Source: a bacterium
GTDB lineage: Bacteria; UBA8248; JACPRG01; G963555815
Direction: 5' to 3'
NCBI GenBank assembly: GCA_963555815.3
Contig: CAUVWX020000001.1
Location: 320,001-384,000 of the forward strand
Length of the DNA stretch: 64,000 bases
Position 1 is the stretch's first letter; the number at the start of each line of letters is the position of its first letter. The translations under genes and the position numbers were made by a program. The notes below the pieces were generated by a model, which was given only the letters and a program-made list of their open reading frames with translations, searched no databases and was not told the DNA's origin. This document shows, piece by piece, positions 28,932 to 43,364 of the stretch.

Positions 28932-29894
28932 CTATTCGGCGTCTGTCGGCTTTGAGACCCGGCCGGCCACGAGAACCGAGGGGAGCTGGAAGGTGACATC
29001 TTCATCTGGCCCCTGTAACTCCTCCACCCGGGTGACCCCCTGCTCCTGAAGACAGCGGATGAGTTCCTCGACGAGGAACTCCGGCGTCGAGGCGCCCGCC
29101 GTGATCCCCACCCGCTTCACCCCGTCGAGCCAGGCCGGGTCCACCTCTGAGGCCCGGTCGATGAGGTAGGCCCGGGCGCCCGCGGCCTCCGCCACCTCCT
29201 TGAGGCGCATGGAGTTGGAGCTGTTCCGAGAGCCGAGGACCAGGATGAGGTCGGCCCCCTGGGCCATTGTCTTCACCGCCATCTGACGATTTTGGGTGGC
29301 GTAGCAGATATCGTCCTTGCCCGGAAGGGTGAGAGCGGGGAACTTTTTCCTGAGAGCGGCGACCACTTCAGCCGAGTCGTCCAGGCTGAGGGTGGTCTGG
29401 GTAAGACAGACGACCTTCTGAGGGTCAGGGACCTGCAAGCCGGCCACGTCCTCCACGTCGCTCACCACCTGAATGTGGTCCGGGGCCTCCCCGAGGGTGC
29501 CGATGACCTCATCGTGGTCCAGGTGACCCACCAGGATGACGCCATAACCCTCTCGGACGTAGCGCTTCACCTCGAAGTGGACCTTGGTGACGAGGGGGCA
29601 GGTGGCGTCCAAGATGCGAAGCCCTCGCTCTTTGGCGTCCTGCACGACCCGGGGGGAGATACCGTGGGCGCTGAAGATGGTGATGGCCCCTTCTGGGACC
29701 TCGGAGAGCTCCTCGACAAAGATGGCCCCCTTCTCCTTCAGCTCTTCCACCACAAAGCGGTTATGAACGATCTCCTTTCGAACATAGATGGGAGGGCCGT
29801 AGATGAGGAGTGCCTGTTCGACCACTTCGATGGCCCGGTCCACGCCCGCACAAAAGCCGCGGGGTTTTGCCAGAACCAGATTCTCAGGCGCCAT
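28932..29894 (-). CDS. ispH: 4-hydroxy-3-methylbut-2-enyl diphosphate reductase
   Basis: PRGFCAGVDRA, IVHN, SAHG, DATCPLV, DICYATQNRQ, SSNS, TAGASTP; ATG at 29894. Confidence 0.95.
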   Translation of the reverse strand: MAPENLVLAKPRGFCAGVDRAIEVVEQALLIYGPPIYVRKEIVHNRFVVEELKEKGAIFVEELSEVPEGAITIFSAHGISPRVVQDAKERGLRILDATCPLVTKVHFEVKRYVREGYGVILVGHLDHDEVIGTLGEAPDHIQVVSDVEDVAGLQVPDPQKVVCLTQTTLSLDDSAEVVAALRKKFPALTLPGKDDICYATQNRQMAVKTMAQGADLILVLGSRNSSNSMRLKEVAEAAGARAYLIDRASEVDPAWLDGVKRVGITAGASTPEFLVEELIRCLQEQGVTRVEELQGPDEDVTFQLPSVLVAGRVSKPTDAE

Positions 29895-29983
29895 AAAGGA
29901 AATCCTCCATATCAGAAGCGGTGGGATCTTACCAGCCCCTCTCGGACAGCGCCACCCCCTTTTGCCGCCTCTGCGAGACAAAT

Positions 29984-30020
29984 AAAAACCCCGACCGCAC
30001 GGACACGGCCGGGGTTTTTT
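29984..30020. terminator. Terminator downstream of the rRNA operon
   Basis: AAAAACCCCG.CCG...CGG.CGGGGTTTTT stem with A/T tails on both sides. Confidence 0.75.
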
Positions 30021-30027
30021 GAAAAAT

Positions 30028-30145
30028 TCTCGGCGGCGACCTACTCTCCCACGCAGTCGCCCGCGCAGTACCATCGGCGCTAGAGGGCTTAACTACCGTG
30101 TTCAGGATGGGAACGGGTGGATCCCCCCCGCCATAACCACCGAGA
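30028..30145 (-). rRNA. rrf: 5S rRNA
   Basis: Reverse complement of canonical 5S (cggcgacctactctccc...gtaccatcggcg...gggaacgggtg). Ends approximate. Confidence 0.93.
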
Positions 30146-30218
30146 AACCTTTGATCACTGAATAGGGCCCTTGGGGGCCGAGCCAGAAGCAACCTTATTT
30201 TTAAGGATGATGCATCAT

Positions 30219-33259
<3,041 letters not shown>

Positions 33260-33377
33260 ATGAACTTGAATCATTGACTCAGCTACTTGTAGCTCGGCTT
33301 GCCCAATTGCCCTATTCAGTTGTCAAAGAGCAGTGGGCTCCTTCAGGTTGAGGAACCCAATCTCTGTATCCTTCAAA

Positions 33378-33453
33378 TGGTGGAGATGAGCGGATTCGAA
33401 CCGCCGACCTTCCCGGTGCAAGCGGGATGCTCTCCCAGCTGAGCTACATCCCC
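33378..33453 (-). tRNA. tRNA-Ala(TGC)
   Basis: Cloverleaf with G3:U70, anticodon TGC, encoded CCA; in the ITS. Confidence 0.95.
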
Positions 33454-33483
33454 ATCTGCCTTCCTCACCACCAACTACAAAGC

Positions 33484-33560
33484 TGGTGGGCCTACCTGGA
33501 TTTGAACCAGGGACCCCACGCTTATCAGGCGTGTGCTCTAGCCAACTGAGCTATAGGCCC
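33484..33560 (-). tRNA. tRNA-Ile(GAT)
   Basis: GGGCCTATAGCTCAG...CT-GAT-AA...CCA; in the ITS. Confidence 0.95.
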
Positions 33561-33875
33561 TCCTTCTAGATTGTGGGGGAACCCCCCCCATCTCACCAAG
33601 CATGAAAACGAATCAGCCGACGCTCCCTCTCGCACGACATCTCAAGGGTTTTGGCTTCGGCGTCCCTTCTGACCTGATGAAATGGACAAAGCCCCCTGTC
33701 GGGAGGGTCTTCGACCACGAAGGATAAAAAACAGGGGCATCGCGGCCCGTGGGGTATCGACCTAGGTGTAGCAATCGAGCGGATATCTGTGCCTTCGTTG
33801 GGACCTTTCCTCTGCGAAGAGCCTTCTTCCGAGTACTCAGCCCCTCAGACCCATCCGCGCCCGACCTTTTCACTA

Positions 33876-35440
<1,565 letters not shown>

Positions 35441-35563
35441 TGAAGAGCTCACTTCGCAGGTGGAATCCTGCAAGGGATCCACCTGGTCTTAACTCATATA
35501 GGAACCCGTTGGACCGCGATGCACCCTATTCGATTTTCAAAGAGCATAAAGATAGCTTCAGTA

Positions 35564-35592
35564 AAAGTAGTACTCCGCCTGCCCCCTGTCAA
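35564..35592 (-). promoter_or_regulatory. Candidate rRNA operon promoter
   Basis: TTGACA (35592-35587), 17 bp spacer, TACTTT. Confidence 0.55.
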
Positions 35593-35631
35593 GGGCTTTT
35601 TAATCGCTTAACGAGGGAGGGTCAGGCGCCT

Positions 35632-36948
35632 TCACGCGGGAGGCCGTGGGGGCCTCATGGGCAGTGTCTGAAAAACCACATGCTTTCCCACCTCAAAGAG
35701 GTGAGGGGAGGTGAAATCCACGGTCGAGGTCTCTTCAATGACCTTCTGGCCATCCACTTTAACGGCCCCCTGACGAAGGAGCCGTCTCACCTGACTCTTG
35801 CTCCCCTTCTGCGAAATGGCGAACAGGAGCTCCACAAGGCGTGCAGAGTTTCGGGCCTCGACCGGAAAATCCGCCTTTTTCGGCAGGCCCGCAAGAGACG
35901 GGTCCGCCCCTTCGGCGAATGAGGCGAAAATCTTCTCCCCTCTTGAGGACATCTCGTAGATCGTGGCCACCTTCTCTTTGTCGCGTCGGCGATATTTCGT
36001 CTCAAAGTGGCGGGCCGCCGCTTGTCCAGCCTCTTGCCCGTGGAAGCGCTCGACCAGCTCCTGGGCGAGCTGGGCCTTCATGTCGCGAGGGTGAAGTGTT
36101 CGCGCCCGAACCCCCTCCTTGAGGTCCTTGATCTCCTCCGGCCCCAGATTTGAGAGAAGGTCGTAGTAATCCAGCATGAGGTCGTCGGAGATGGACATGA
36201 CCTTCCCGTAGATCGCCTCAGGGGGTTCGTCGATGCCGATCTGGTTCCCATAGCTCTTGCTCATCTTCTGAACCCCGTCCGTCCCCACCAGAAGGGGCAG
36301 GGTGATGATGACCTGGGGGTCCTGACCGGCGTCCCGCTGAAGATCCCGTCCCACGAGGAGGTTGAACTTTTGGTCCGTCCCCCCCAGCTCCACGTCGGCC
36401 TTCAGGACAACTGAGTCGTGCCCCTGAAGGAGGGGATAGAGAAATTCGTGCAATCCGATGGGTTGTCCCCCCCTGTATCGCTTCTGAAAGTCATCTCGCT
36501 CGAGCATCCGTGCCACCGTCTGGCGCCCGGAGAGCCGGATAAGCTCCTCGGCGGACAAGTCCTGCAGCCACTCGCTGTTGAAGAGGACGCGGGTTTTCTG
36601 CCGGTCCAGGATCTTGAAGACCTGCCGCTCGTAGGTCCGGGTGTTCTCGGCCACCTCGTCCGCCGTCAGCTGCAGACGAATCTCAGACCGCCCGCTGGGA
36701 TCTCCGATCCGGGCAGTAAAGTCGCCGATGAGAAAAAGGACCTCGTGGCCCAACTCTTGAAAATGTCTGAGCTTTTGGATGAGGACCGTGTGTCCCAGGT
36801 GGAGGTCCGGGGCGGTCGGGTCAAACCCCGCCTTGACCCGGAGGGGTCTCCCTAGCTTGAGTTTTTCACTCAGCTCTTTTGGGGAGATAACCTCGGCGGC
36901 CCCGCGAAAGAGCCGAGAGAGGCCCTCTTCTGGCATCGTCTTTCTCAT
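35632..36948 (-). CDS. tyrS: Tyrosine--tRNA ligase
   Basis: [13 protein letters not shown] (HIGH), [14 protein letters not shown]-terminal S4 domain. Confidence 0.96.
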   Translation of the reverse strand: MRKTMPEEGLSRLFRGAAEVISPKELSEKLKLGRPLRVKAGFDPTAPDLHLGHTVLIQKLRHFQELGHEVLFLIGDFTARIGDPSGRSEIRLQLTADEVAENTRTYERQVFKILDRQKTRVLFNSEWLQDLSAEELIRLSGRQTVARMLERDDFQKRYRGGQPIGLHEFLYPLLQGHDSVVLKADVELGGTDQKFNLLVGRDLQRDAGQDPQVIITLPLLVGTDGVQKMSKSYGNQIGIDEPPEAIYGKVMSISDDLMLDYYDLLSNLGPEEIKDLKEGVRARTLHPRDMKAQLAQELVERFHGQEAGQAAARHFETKYRRRDKEKVATIYEMSSRGEKIFASFAEGADPSLAGLPKKADFPVEARNSARLVELLFAISQKGSKSQVRRLLRQGAVKVDGQKVIEETSTVDFTSPHLFEVGKHVVFQTLPMRPPRPPA

Positions 36949-37019
36949 GAATGAAAAAGAAAAGGCAGGGTCATCAAAAATGACGCTGCCTTTTGGGCGG
37001 AAAAGAGATCAAGAAGGAC

Positions 37020-37292
37020 TCACCTGACCGCGTCTTTCAAATCCCTTCCTGGCGAAAATTTCGCAACATTCCTGGCGGCGATCTTTATGGTCTCGCCCGT
37101 CTGCGGGTTTCGACCAATCCGCGCCTTTCGCTTGCTGACCGAGAAGGTCCCAAACCCCACCAGTGTCACCTTTTGCTTCTTGGTGAGAGACTTCTTAACT
37201 CCGTCCAGAAATCCACTCAACGCCCTTTCCGCCGCCACCTTCGTGATACCCGCCGCATCCGCCATCCGATCCACCAGCTCGCCTTTCGTCAC
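37020..37292 (-). CDS. hup: HU DNA-binding protein (core copy)
   Basis: MTKGELV...LVGFGTF...ARIGRNPQTG. Confidence 0.93.
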   Translation of the reverse strand: MTKGELVDRMADAAGITKVAAERALSGFLDGVKKSLTKKQKVTLVGFGTFSVSKRKARIGRNPQTGETIKIAARNVAKFSPGRDLKDAVR

Positions 37293-37482
37293 GTCTCCCC
37301 CTCCTTCTCCCTCACTGGATGTAAGATATCAGGAACCCCCGAAACCTCTGTTCAATTACCATCCGGGGCATTCCCTGTCAATTGAAAAACAGGGGGAGAA
37401 CAAAAAATCTCTGGCCGCCCGAGGGTCGCTTGACACCCCGACCGGGGCCTGGCTAGCATCAAGGAAAGGAGGGACTGGACCT

Positions 37483-37941
37483 TTGGGCAGAAAATACCCC
37501 AACCACCCCGTCGTGGGAGTAGGGGCCATCATCCTTCGGGGAAATGAAGTCCTGGTGGTTCGCCGGGGAGTCCCGCCTGGGGCGGGCCTTTGGAGCATCC
37601 CGGGCGGGGCCGTTGAACTGGGCGAGGGGTTGCAGGAAGCCCTGATCCGTGAGATCGCCGAAGAGACAGGCATCACCGTCGAGATCCTCGGCCTGGCCAC
37701 GGCCCTGGACCGCATCTACCTCGACCTCCACGGACGGGTAGAATACCACTATGTCCTGCTGAATTATTGTTGCGCCTACCGGTCAGGAGAGCCCCGGGCC
37801 GATTCAGACATCCTCGAGGCCCGTTGGGTTTACCTCAACCATCTGGAACCACTGGAGATGACAGAGGGCACCTTGGAGGTGATCCGCCAGGCTGCCAATC
37901 GCTACGGGAAACCTCAACTCGCCTTAGGCCAGTCTCCCTGA
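37483..37941 (+). CDS. NUDIX hydrolase
   Basis: GGAVELGEGLQEALIREIAEETG Nudix box; TTG start after GGAGGG. Confidence 0.88.
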   Translation: MGRKYPNHPVVGVGAIILRGNEVLVVRRGVPPGAGLWSIPGGAVELGEGLQEALIREIAEETGITVEILGLATALDRIYLDLHGRVEYHYVLLNYCCAYRSGEPRADSDILEARWVYLNHLEPLEMTEGTLEVIRQAANRYGKPQLALGQSP

Positions 37942-37951
37942 AAGGGATCGC

Positions 37952-38497
37952 ATGTCTATCTCGACTAAACGAGGCGACGGGGGAGAGACGGATCTCCTCT
38001 ACGGCGGCCGGGTGCCCAAATACGACCTCAGGACAGAGGCCTATGGGGCCCTGCACGAGGCCTTGGCGGCCATGGGGCTCGCCCGAGCCCTTATCCCCGA
38101 CGAAGACCTGAAGGGGGAGGTCCTGCGCATCCAGAAAGAGCTCTTTATCCTGGGGGCCGAGCTGGCCACCGCCCGCGAACACCTCCACCGCCTAAAGGAG
38201 CGCATGGGGCCTGAGAGAGTGGCCGTGCTCGACGAGAAGCTTCAGGCCATCGAGGCGCGCCACCCGATAAAGGACTGGGTGATGCCGGGCGAGAACCCCG
38301 CTTCGGCCGCTATGGAATTCGCCTCCACCGTTCTCCGCCGGGCCGAGCGCTGGGCCGTTCGCCTGAAGGACGAGGGTCTCCTGGAAAACCCCCACCTCCT
38401 CGCCTACCTGAACCGCCTTGCAGATCTCCTCTTCATGTACGCCCGGCTCTTGGAGCCCAGGACGTCAGGCGACTCTGGGCAGACAACGCTGCCCTAG
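37952..38497 (+). CDS. pduO: PduO-type cob(I)alamin adenosyltransferase
   Basis: TKRGDGGET, EAYG..E, RRAER, YLNRLADLLF. Confidence 0.9.
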   Translation: MSISTKRGDGGETDLLYGGRVPKYDLRTEAYGALHEALAAMGLARALIPDEDLKGEVLRIQKELFILGAELATAREHLHRLKERMGPERVAVLDEKLQAIEARHPIKDWVMPGENPASAAMEFASTVLRRAERWAVRLKDEGLLENPHLLAYLNRLADLLFMYARLLEPRTSGDSGQTTLP

Positions 38498-38509
38498 CGA
38501 TCACCCTCA

Positions 38510-39604
38510 TCAAGAGGCCTGATAGAAGTCGGTCTCGCGATATCGTTCGGCCAGGGTCTCCCACCACACTTTGAGCACGGCCGCCGTTGGGACCGCCAGG
38601 AGGATCCCCAGAAAACCGAACGCCGCTCCGCCTATAAAAACCGCCATCATGATCACTACGGGGTGAAGCCCCACCCTGTCTCCCACAATCCAAGGGCTCA
38701 GGACCATGCTGTCGAGCCCCTGCCCAAAGCCGAACACGACCAGGACGCCAAGGGCGTGGGGCCAGTCGGGATGTTCCAGGAGGGTCATCAGGAGCGCCGG
38801 CAGCAACCCCACCAGGAGGCCCATGTAGGGGACGATGTTGGCCAGCCCCCCGGCGATCCCGATGATGATCCCCAAGGGGGTCCCCAGGAGCACGAGACCC
38901 AGGCTGTAGATACCCGCCAAGATAAGCGCCACCAGAAATTGCCCCTTGAGAAAGCTCCCCAGAATCTCGTCCATCCTGCGAAACCTTTCCCCCAAAAAGG
39001 CGTGATGCTTAGGAGGGGCGAGATGAAGGGCGCGCTCCTTCAGGTGGTCGAAGTCCCGAAGGAGATAGAAGGTGGCCACCGGAATAATGGCCAGATTGAC
39101 CAGGAGAAGGATGAAATTTACGAGGCCCGAGGTAGCGCGCCAGAGGACACTGCTTGCCGATTGAAAGAGACTCGGGGGCAGGGTCCGAAGGCGCTCGAAG
39201 AAGTCGTTCCAAGCCCCCTCCAGCTGGAAGGGGTCAATCCCGGTCAGACGAAGGATAACGGGCTCCAGCCAGGTCCGGAGCTGTTTCAGATAGCGCGGTG
39301 TCCCTTCTATGAGGGACTCCAGCTGCACCCTCAAGATGGGAAAAACCAGGGTCACCACGACCACGACAAAAAGCGCCAGGGCCAGGATCAAGAGGACGAT
39401 CCCCAGGCCACGGGGAAGACGCCGTCGCTCCAGCCAATCTGCCACGGGGTCCAGGAGATACGCGAGGAGGGCTGACAGGAAAAAGGCCGTTACGACGGAG
39501 CGCAGAACGTAGAGGAAATAGAGGCTAAGGACAATGGCGGCCAGGATAGCTAGATTGAGCCACGCGGTCCTGACCGTCTCGCGAGGCAGTCCCCCCTCGG
39601 CCAT
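38510..39604 (-). CDS. AI-2E family transporter
   Basis: LAYLLDP, FYLLRD, IVPYMG, VGLHP, FGFLGILLAVP. Confidence 0.9.
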   Translation of the reverse strand: MAEGGLPRETVRTAWLNLAILAAIVLSLYFLYVLRSVVTAFFLSALLAYLLDPVADWLERRRLPRGLGIVLLILALALFVVVVVTLVFPILRVQLESLIEGTPRYLKQLRTWLEPVILRLTGIDPFQLEGAWNDFFERLRTLPPSLFQSASSVLWRATSGLVNFILLLVNLAIIPVATFYLLRDFDHLKERALHLAPPKHHAFLGERFRRMDEILGSFLKGQFLVALILAGIYSLGLVLLGTPLGIIIGIAGGLANIVPYMGLLVGLLPALLMTLLEHPDWPHALGVLVVFGFGQGLDSMVLSPWIVGDRVGLHPVVIMMAVFIGGAAFGFLGILLAVPTAAVLKVWWETLAERYRETDFYQAS

Positions 39605-39613
39605 CTCCCCGGC

Positions 39614-40246
39614 CTAAGGGGTGTCTGCCGAGCGCCGCATGACCCGATAGACATAATGCAGGCCTGAGGCCAGGGTGGCGGCGACGGTGAGCCCCAGGAG
39701 TGGTGCCATCAGGGGCGGACGCGTTTCCAGGAAATTGAACCATAGGACCCAAAAGACGGTCAGAAGCTGGAGCCCGGTGGTCCATTTCCCCAGCAGACTC
39801 GGCGTCACGGCCACGCTCCCCGAGAAAACCTTGAGCACCAGGGAACCCGTCACGATAAGGATGTCCCGGCTCACCACCACAATGGTCAGCCAGGCCGGGA
39901 TGAGCCCGAGAAAGGAGAGGGAGAGAAAGGAGGCGATCAGAATGAGCTTATCGGCCAAGGGGTCCAGGATAGTCCCCAGGAAGGTGACCTGGCCGGTGCG
40001 CCGGGCCACGAACCCATCAACAGCGTCTGAAGCACCTAGCGCGAAAAAAATGACCAGGGCAGGCACAATGAAGCCATACAACAGCATGATGATGTAGACA
40101 GGGGCCAGGAGGACGCGAAGGATCGTGATCTGGTTTGCGATGTTCCACGACAAGGCAGGTGTCAGCGTTGAGGCGGCCTCTTGCGAAACAGCCCCCCCCA
40201 GGGCGGATGTCCTTTCCAGAGGTATATTGACCTTCAGGTTATCCAC
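39614..40246 (-). CDS. CDP-alcohol phosphatidyltransferase (PgsA-like)
   Basis: NIANQITILR, SDAVDGFVARR...GTILDPLADK. Confidence 0.9.
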   Translation of the reverse strand: MDNLKVNIPLERTSALGGAVSQEAASTLTPALSWNIANQITILRVLLAPVYIIMLLYGFIVPALVIFFALGASDAVDGFVARRTGQVTFLGTILDPLADKLILIASFLSLSFLGLIPAWLTIVVVSRDILIVTGSLVLKVFSGSVAVTPSLLGKWTTGLQLLTVFWVLWFNFLETRPPLMAPLLGLTVAATLASGLHYVYRVMRRSADTP

Positions 40247-41183
40247 TTCCTTGCCCCGTACCGGTAGGGAATAGAAGGCGTTTGGCCCGCTCTAGAACCT
40301 CGATGGCCTCCTGCCCGCCCACTGCCCCCAGGGGGTCAAAGGTGCCCTCAGGTCTGAGGTCCATCACCCTGTGGTAGACCACGAATCCAATGGCCGTCCG
40401 CGCCCGATGTTCCGCCGGAACATCGGAGAGGGCATCGGCCGCTTCACCGGCCTCCTCCGTCGTGGGGGTCACCCCCACCCGCTCGAAGAGATTGTACACC
40501 ACTTGAGCAAATTCGGCTCGGGTGACCAGGGCCGAGGGGTCAAAGGTGTGGTCCTGATAGGGGCTCATGAGTTGGTGCCCCACCACGGCCAGGATCTGCT
40601 CCCTTGCCCAGTGTCGTCCGATGTCCGTCATGACCTCAAAAACAGAGGAAGTGGCGTAGGGGGAGAAGTCCCCCAAGTGGACGGCCAAAAGGGCCGCCAC
40701 CTCCCCCCGGCTCAAACGAGGGGAGCTTGGAATGGCAGAGACTGGCTGGGGCCAGCCCATGGGCTGGCCAAGGTATGCAAGATAGGCGCGGGCTTCCAGA
40801 TCATCCGGGCGTTGTTCGATCACCCGGCCCAACAAGCGCTCCGCCTCCGTCCGATCGCCTGCGAAGAAATACCATTTTCCAAGCCCTGCCAGGGTCCTCA
40901 GGTCGTCAGGCTGAAGGACCTGGGCCTTGCTGTATAGCTGGAGGGCCCGGGCAAATTGCCTTCGGAAGAAATGGACGTCGCCTAGGGCGAGATAGGGTCG
41001 GGGGTCCTCGGGGTACCGAATCCGAAGGGCATCGAATATGGCCTCAGCAGCCCCCGTCTGCCCCCCCCGAAGCGCCACAAATCCCCGAAAATACAGGCTC
41101 TGGAAATCCTGCGCCTCCCCTTGCCCAAACCAAAGCACAAGGATCAGTCCCAGCACTCCCGCCCATCTACCCGGGCATTTCAC
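40239..41183 (-). CDS. Exported TPR plus SLH-domain protein
   Basis: Signal peptide, TPR helices, two SLH-like repeats (TDIGRHWA...TFDPSALVTRAEFA; SDVPAEH...GTFDP). Confidence 0.7.
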   Translation of the reverse strand: MKCPGRWAGVLGLILVLWFGQGEAQDFQSLYFRGFVALRGGQTGAAEAIFDALRIRYPEDPRPYLALGDVHFFRRQFARALQLYSKAQVLQPDDLRTLAGLGKWYFFAGDRTEAERLLGRVIEQRPDDLEARAYLAYLGQPMGWPQPVSAIPSSPRLSRGEVAALLAVHLGDFSPYATSSVFEVMTDIGRHWAREQILAVVGHQLMSPYQDHTFDPSALVTRAEFAQVVYNLFERVGVTPTTEEAGEAADALSDVPAEHRARTAIGFVVYHRVMDLRPEGTFDPLGAVGGQEAIEVLERAKRLLFPTGTGQGSG

Positions 41184-41914
41184 CCTCTTCCCTCCTCCAG
41201 CCTGACCCGTCGCCTCAGGGCCTTCACCTCATCCGTGGTGAGATATCTCCACTGACCGGCCCGAAGAGAGCCTCGGCCGAGGCCCGCAAAGCGAACCCGC
41301 TGAATTTTGACGGTCGGATGCCCGATGGCTTCACACATCCGTTTAAGAAGACGGTTTCTCCCCTCTCGGAGGGTTAGGGAAATCCAGGCCGAGCCCTGGA
41401 GCTGGCGCTCAAGGCGGACCCCCTCGGCCGAAGCCCGCCCGTCTGAGAGGGTCACGCCCCGCTCGAGCCTCCTCAACACCTTTATCGAAGGCGTCCCCCT
41501 CACCTTCACCCGATAGGCCCTTGTGACGCCGTACCTGGGGTGAGTCAGTCGATGGGCGAGGGTCCCGTCATTCGTCAGGAGGAGGACCCCTGTAACATCA
41601 TAGTCCAGACGGCCGACAGGATTGACGTGGGCTTTGAGCCCTTTCAGAAGGTCCATGACGGTGAGTCGCCCTTGAGGGTCCATGCGGGTTGTCACACTGC
41701 CCCGCGGCTTATTGAGCAGGATCCAGACCTTGGGGGGAGGCGGCCGAAGTCTCTTCCTGTCCAGCCGGACGCTATCCCGGGGCGGATCCACGGCAAGGCC
41801 GGGGCTAAAAACCCTTTGGCCATTGACAGTCACCCTTCCCGCCAAGATGACGGCCTCGGCTTCTCGCCGCGAGGCCACCCCGGCCTGCGCGAGAAATTTA
41901 GAAAGTCGCATCAA
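41180..41914 (-). CDS. rluB: 23S rRNA pseudouridine synthase RluB-like
   Basis: S4 domain, LNKPRG, VGRLD, EGRNR; downstream of scpAB. Confidence 0.85.
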   Translation of the reverse strand: MMRLSKFLAQAGVASRREAEAVILAGRVTVNGQRVFSPGLAVDPPRDSVRLDRKRLRPPPPKVWILLNKPRGSVTTRMDPQGRLTVMDLLKGLKAHVNPVGRLDYDVTGVLLLTNDGTLAHRLTHPRYGVTRAYRVKVRGTPSIKVLRRLERGVTLSDGRASAEGVRLERQLQGSAWISLTLREGRNRLLKRMCEAIGHPTVKIQRVRFAGLGRGSLRAGQWRYLTTDEVKALRRRVRLEEGRG

Positions 41915-42441
41915 GGAGGAACAAGCTCTTTTAGCTTCGGCAGGTCGACAAGAGAGTTGAAGCCAAAATGTTCCAGAAAGATTCGGGTGGTCCCGTAGAC
42001 CATGGGCCTTCCCAACACCTGGCGACGGCCCACAACACGGATGAGTCGCCTGTCCAAGAGGGTCCGCAGGACTGCCGTGCAGTCCACCCCACGAATTTCC
42101 TCCATCTCGGCGCGCGTCACCGGCTGTCGATAAGCCACCACCGCCAAACTCTCCAGGGCAGAGGGCGAAAGCGTCGCGCGGCTGGCCCGCTTGAGATAGC
42201 GCTTCACCCAGGAAGCGTACTCGGGGCGGCTCGCCAGACGGTAGCCTTCGGCGACCTTCTGGACCTGAAGGGGCCTCCGCTCATATTCTCCGGTTATCTC
42301 GGCCAGAACTTCCTCGACGGTCTTAGCCTCCACCATCCCCGCAAAAACATCCACCAACTCCTTTACGCGAACTGGGACATCGGACACAAAGAGGAGAGTC
42401 TCGACCACTTCCTTCAGGCTCTGTCTACCTAACTCATTCAT
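41911..42441 (-). CDS. scpB: Segregation/condensation protein B
   Basis: ALESLAVVAYRQPVTRAEMEEIRGV, GRPMVYGTT..FLEHFG; ATG at 42441. Confidence 0.93.
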   Translation of the reverse strand: MNELGRQSLKEVVETLLFVSDVPVRVKELVDVFAGMVEAKTVEEVLAEITGEYERRPLQVQKVAEGYRLASRPEYASWVKRYLKRASRATLSPSALESLAVVAYRQPVTRAEMEEIRGVDCTAVLRTLLDRRLIRVVGRRQVLGRPMVYGTTRIFLEHFGFNSLVDLPKLKELVPP

Positions 42442-43162
42442 TCTCGAGGCTTCGTCGAATATAGAGCGTCCCCTGAGGCTTGGCCTGCGACACCTGGACA
42501 AGTTTTCGCCGGACAAGCTCCAGGATGGCCAGGAAGGTTGCCACAATCTCGATCCGCTGAGCCATTCCCTCAAAGAGAGCCGAGAAGGTGGTCCCCTCGG
42601 CCTTTCCCAGCCGGTCCAAGACATAGGTAAGTCGCTCGGCCGTCGCCATCTCGTCGACCTGGACAACGTGAGGGGCGGTCGCCCCAATCTCGGCCAGGAT
42701 CTTCTCAAAGGCCTTCAAAAGGTCAAAGGCCGAGACCTCCTCCAGGCCTTCCTCCTCGGGTTCCTCCTCCATCATCTTGTGAACCTCGTCCGGAGCCCCC
42801 CTGGAAAAGACCCCCATCTGGTCTCTCTCTCTCTCCCGAAAGGTTTCCATGGCCTCCCGGTACTCCTGATATTCGAGCAGTCGATCCACCAGCTCCCGAC
42901 GTGGATCTTCCTCTTCCTCGCCCTCATCGGGCGGCGAAGGCAGGAGCATCTTCGATTTAATGTAAGTGAGCGTGGCGGCCATGACCAGATAATCCCCCGC
43001 CACATCCAGATTGAAGGACTCCATCAGGTCCAGGTAGTGCAGGTATTGTTCGGTGATGAGGGCGATGGGGATATCGTAGATGTTGACCTGGTTTTCTCGA
43101 ACGAGATGAAGAAGAAGATCGAGGGGACCTTCAAAAATGTCCAACTGGACCTTGTAGGCCAT
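42434..43162 (-). CDS. scpA: Segregation/condensation protein A
   Basis: FEGPLDLLLHL, IKSKMLLP, DPRRELV, TFLAILEL; ATG at 43162. Confidence 0.93.
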   Translation of the reverse strand: MAYKVQLDIFEGPLDLLLHLVRENQVNIYDIPIALITEQYLHYLDLMESFNLDVAGDYLVMAATLTYIKSKMLLPSPPDEGEEEEDPRRELVDRLLEYQEYREAMETFRERERDQMGVFSRGAPDEVHKMMEEEPEEEGLEEVSAFDLLKAFEKILAEIGATAPHVVQVDEMATAERLTYVLDRLGKAEGTTFSALFEGMAQRIEIVATFLAILELVRRKLVQVSQAKPQGTLYIRRSLENE

Positions 43163-43364
43163 CCCCTCTTGTCCTGCAGGGCTCGCTTCCAAAACGAGGA
43201 AAAGTGTAGTGAACCCCTTTCCAGGTGTCAATCCCTTTCTGTCCCCCGGGCGGGGGATTGACACCCGAGAGACCTCATTGGAGAATGGCTTACAGGGTGC
43301 CTGAGGACGTTCAAACTCCCTGAGATCAGGAACACAAAGGCTTGAGGCCGGGAGGAAGTCCAGC

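Noticed and set aside
29895..30074. N-terminal extension of ispH in the ORF track
   Set aside because: Overlaps the 5S rRNA and terminator; homology starts at ATG 29894.
43163..43364. Possible tRNA-Sec (selC) upstream of selA
   Set aside because: No cloverleaf with a TCA anticodon could be built; looks like a divergent promoter region.
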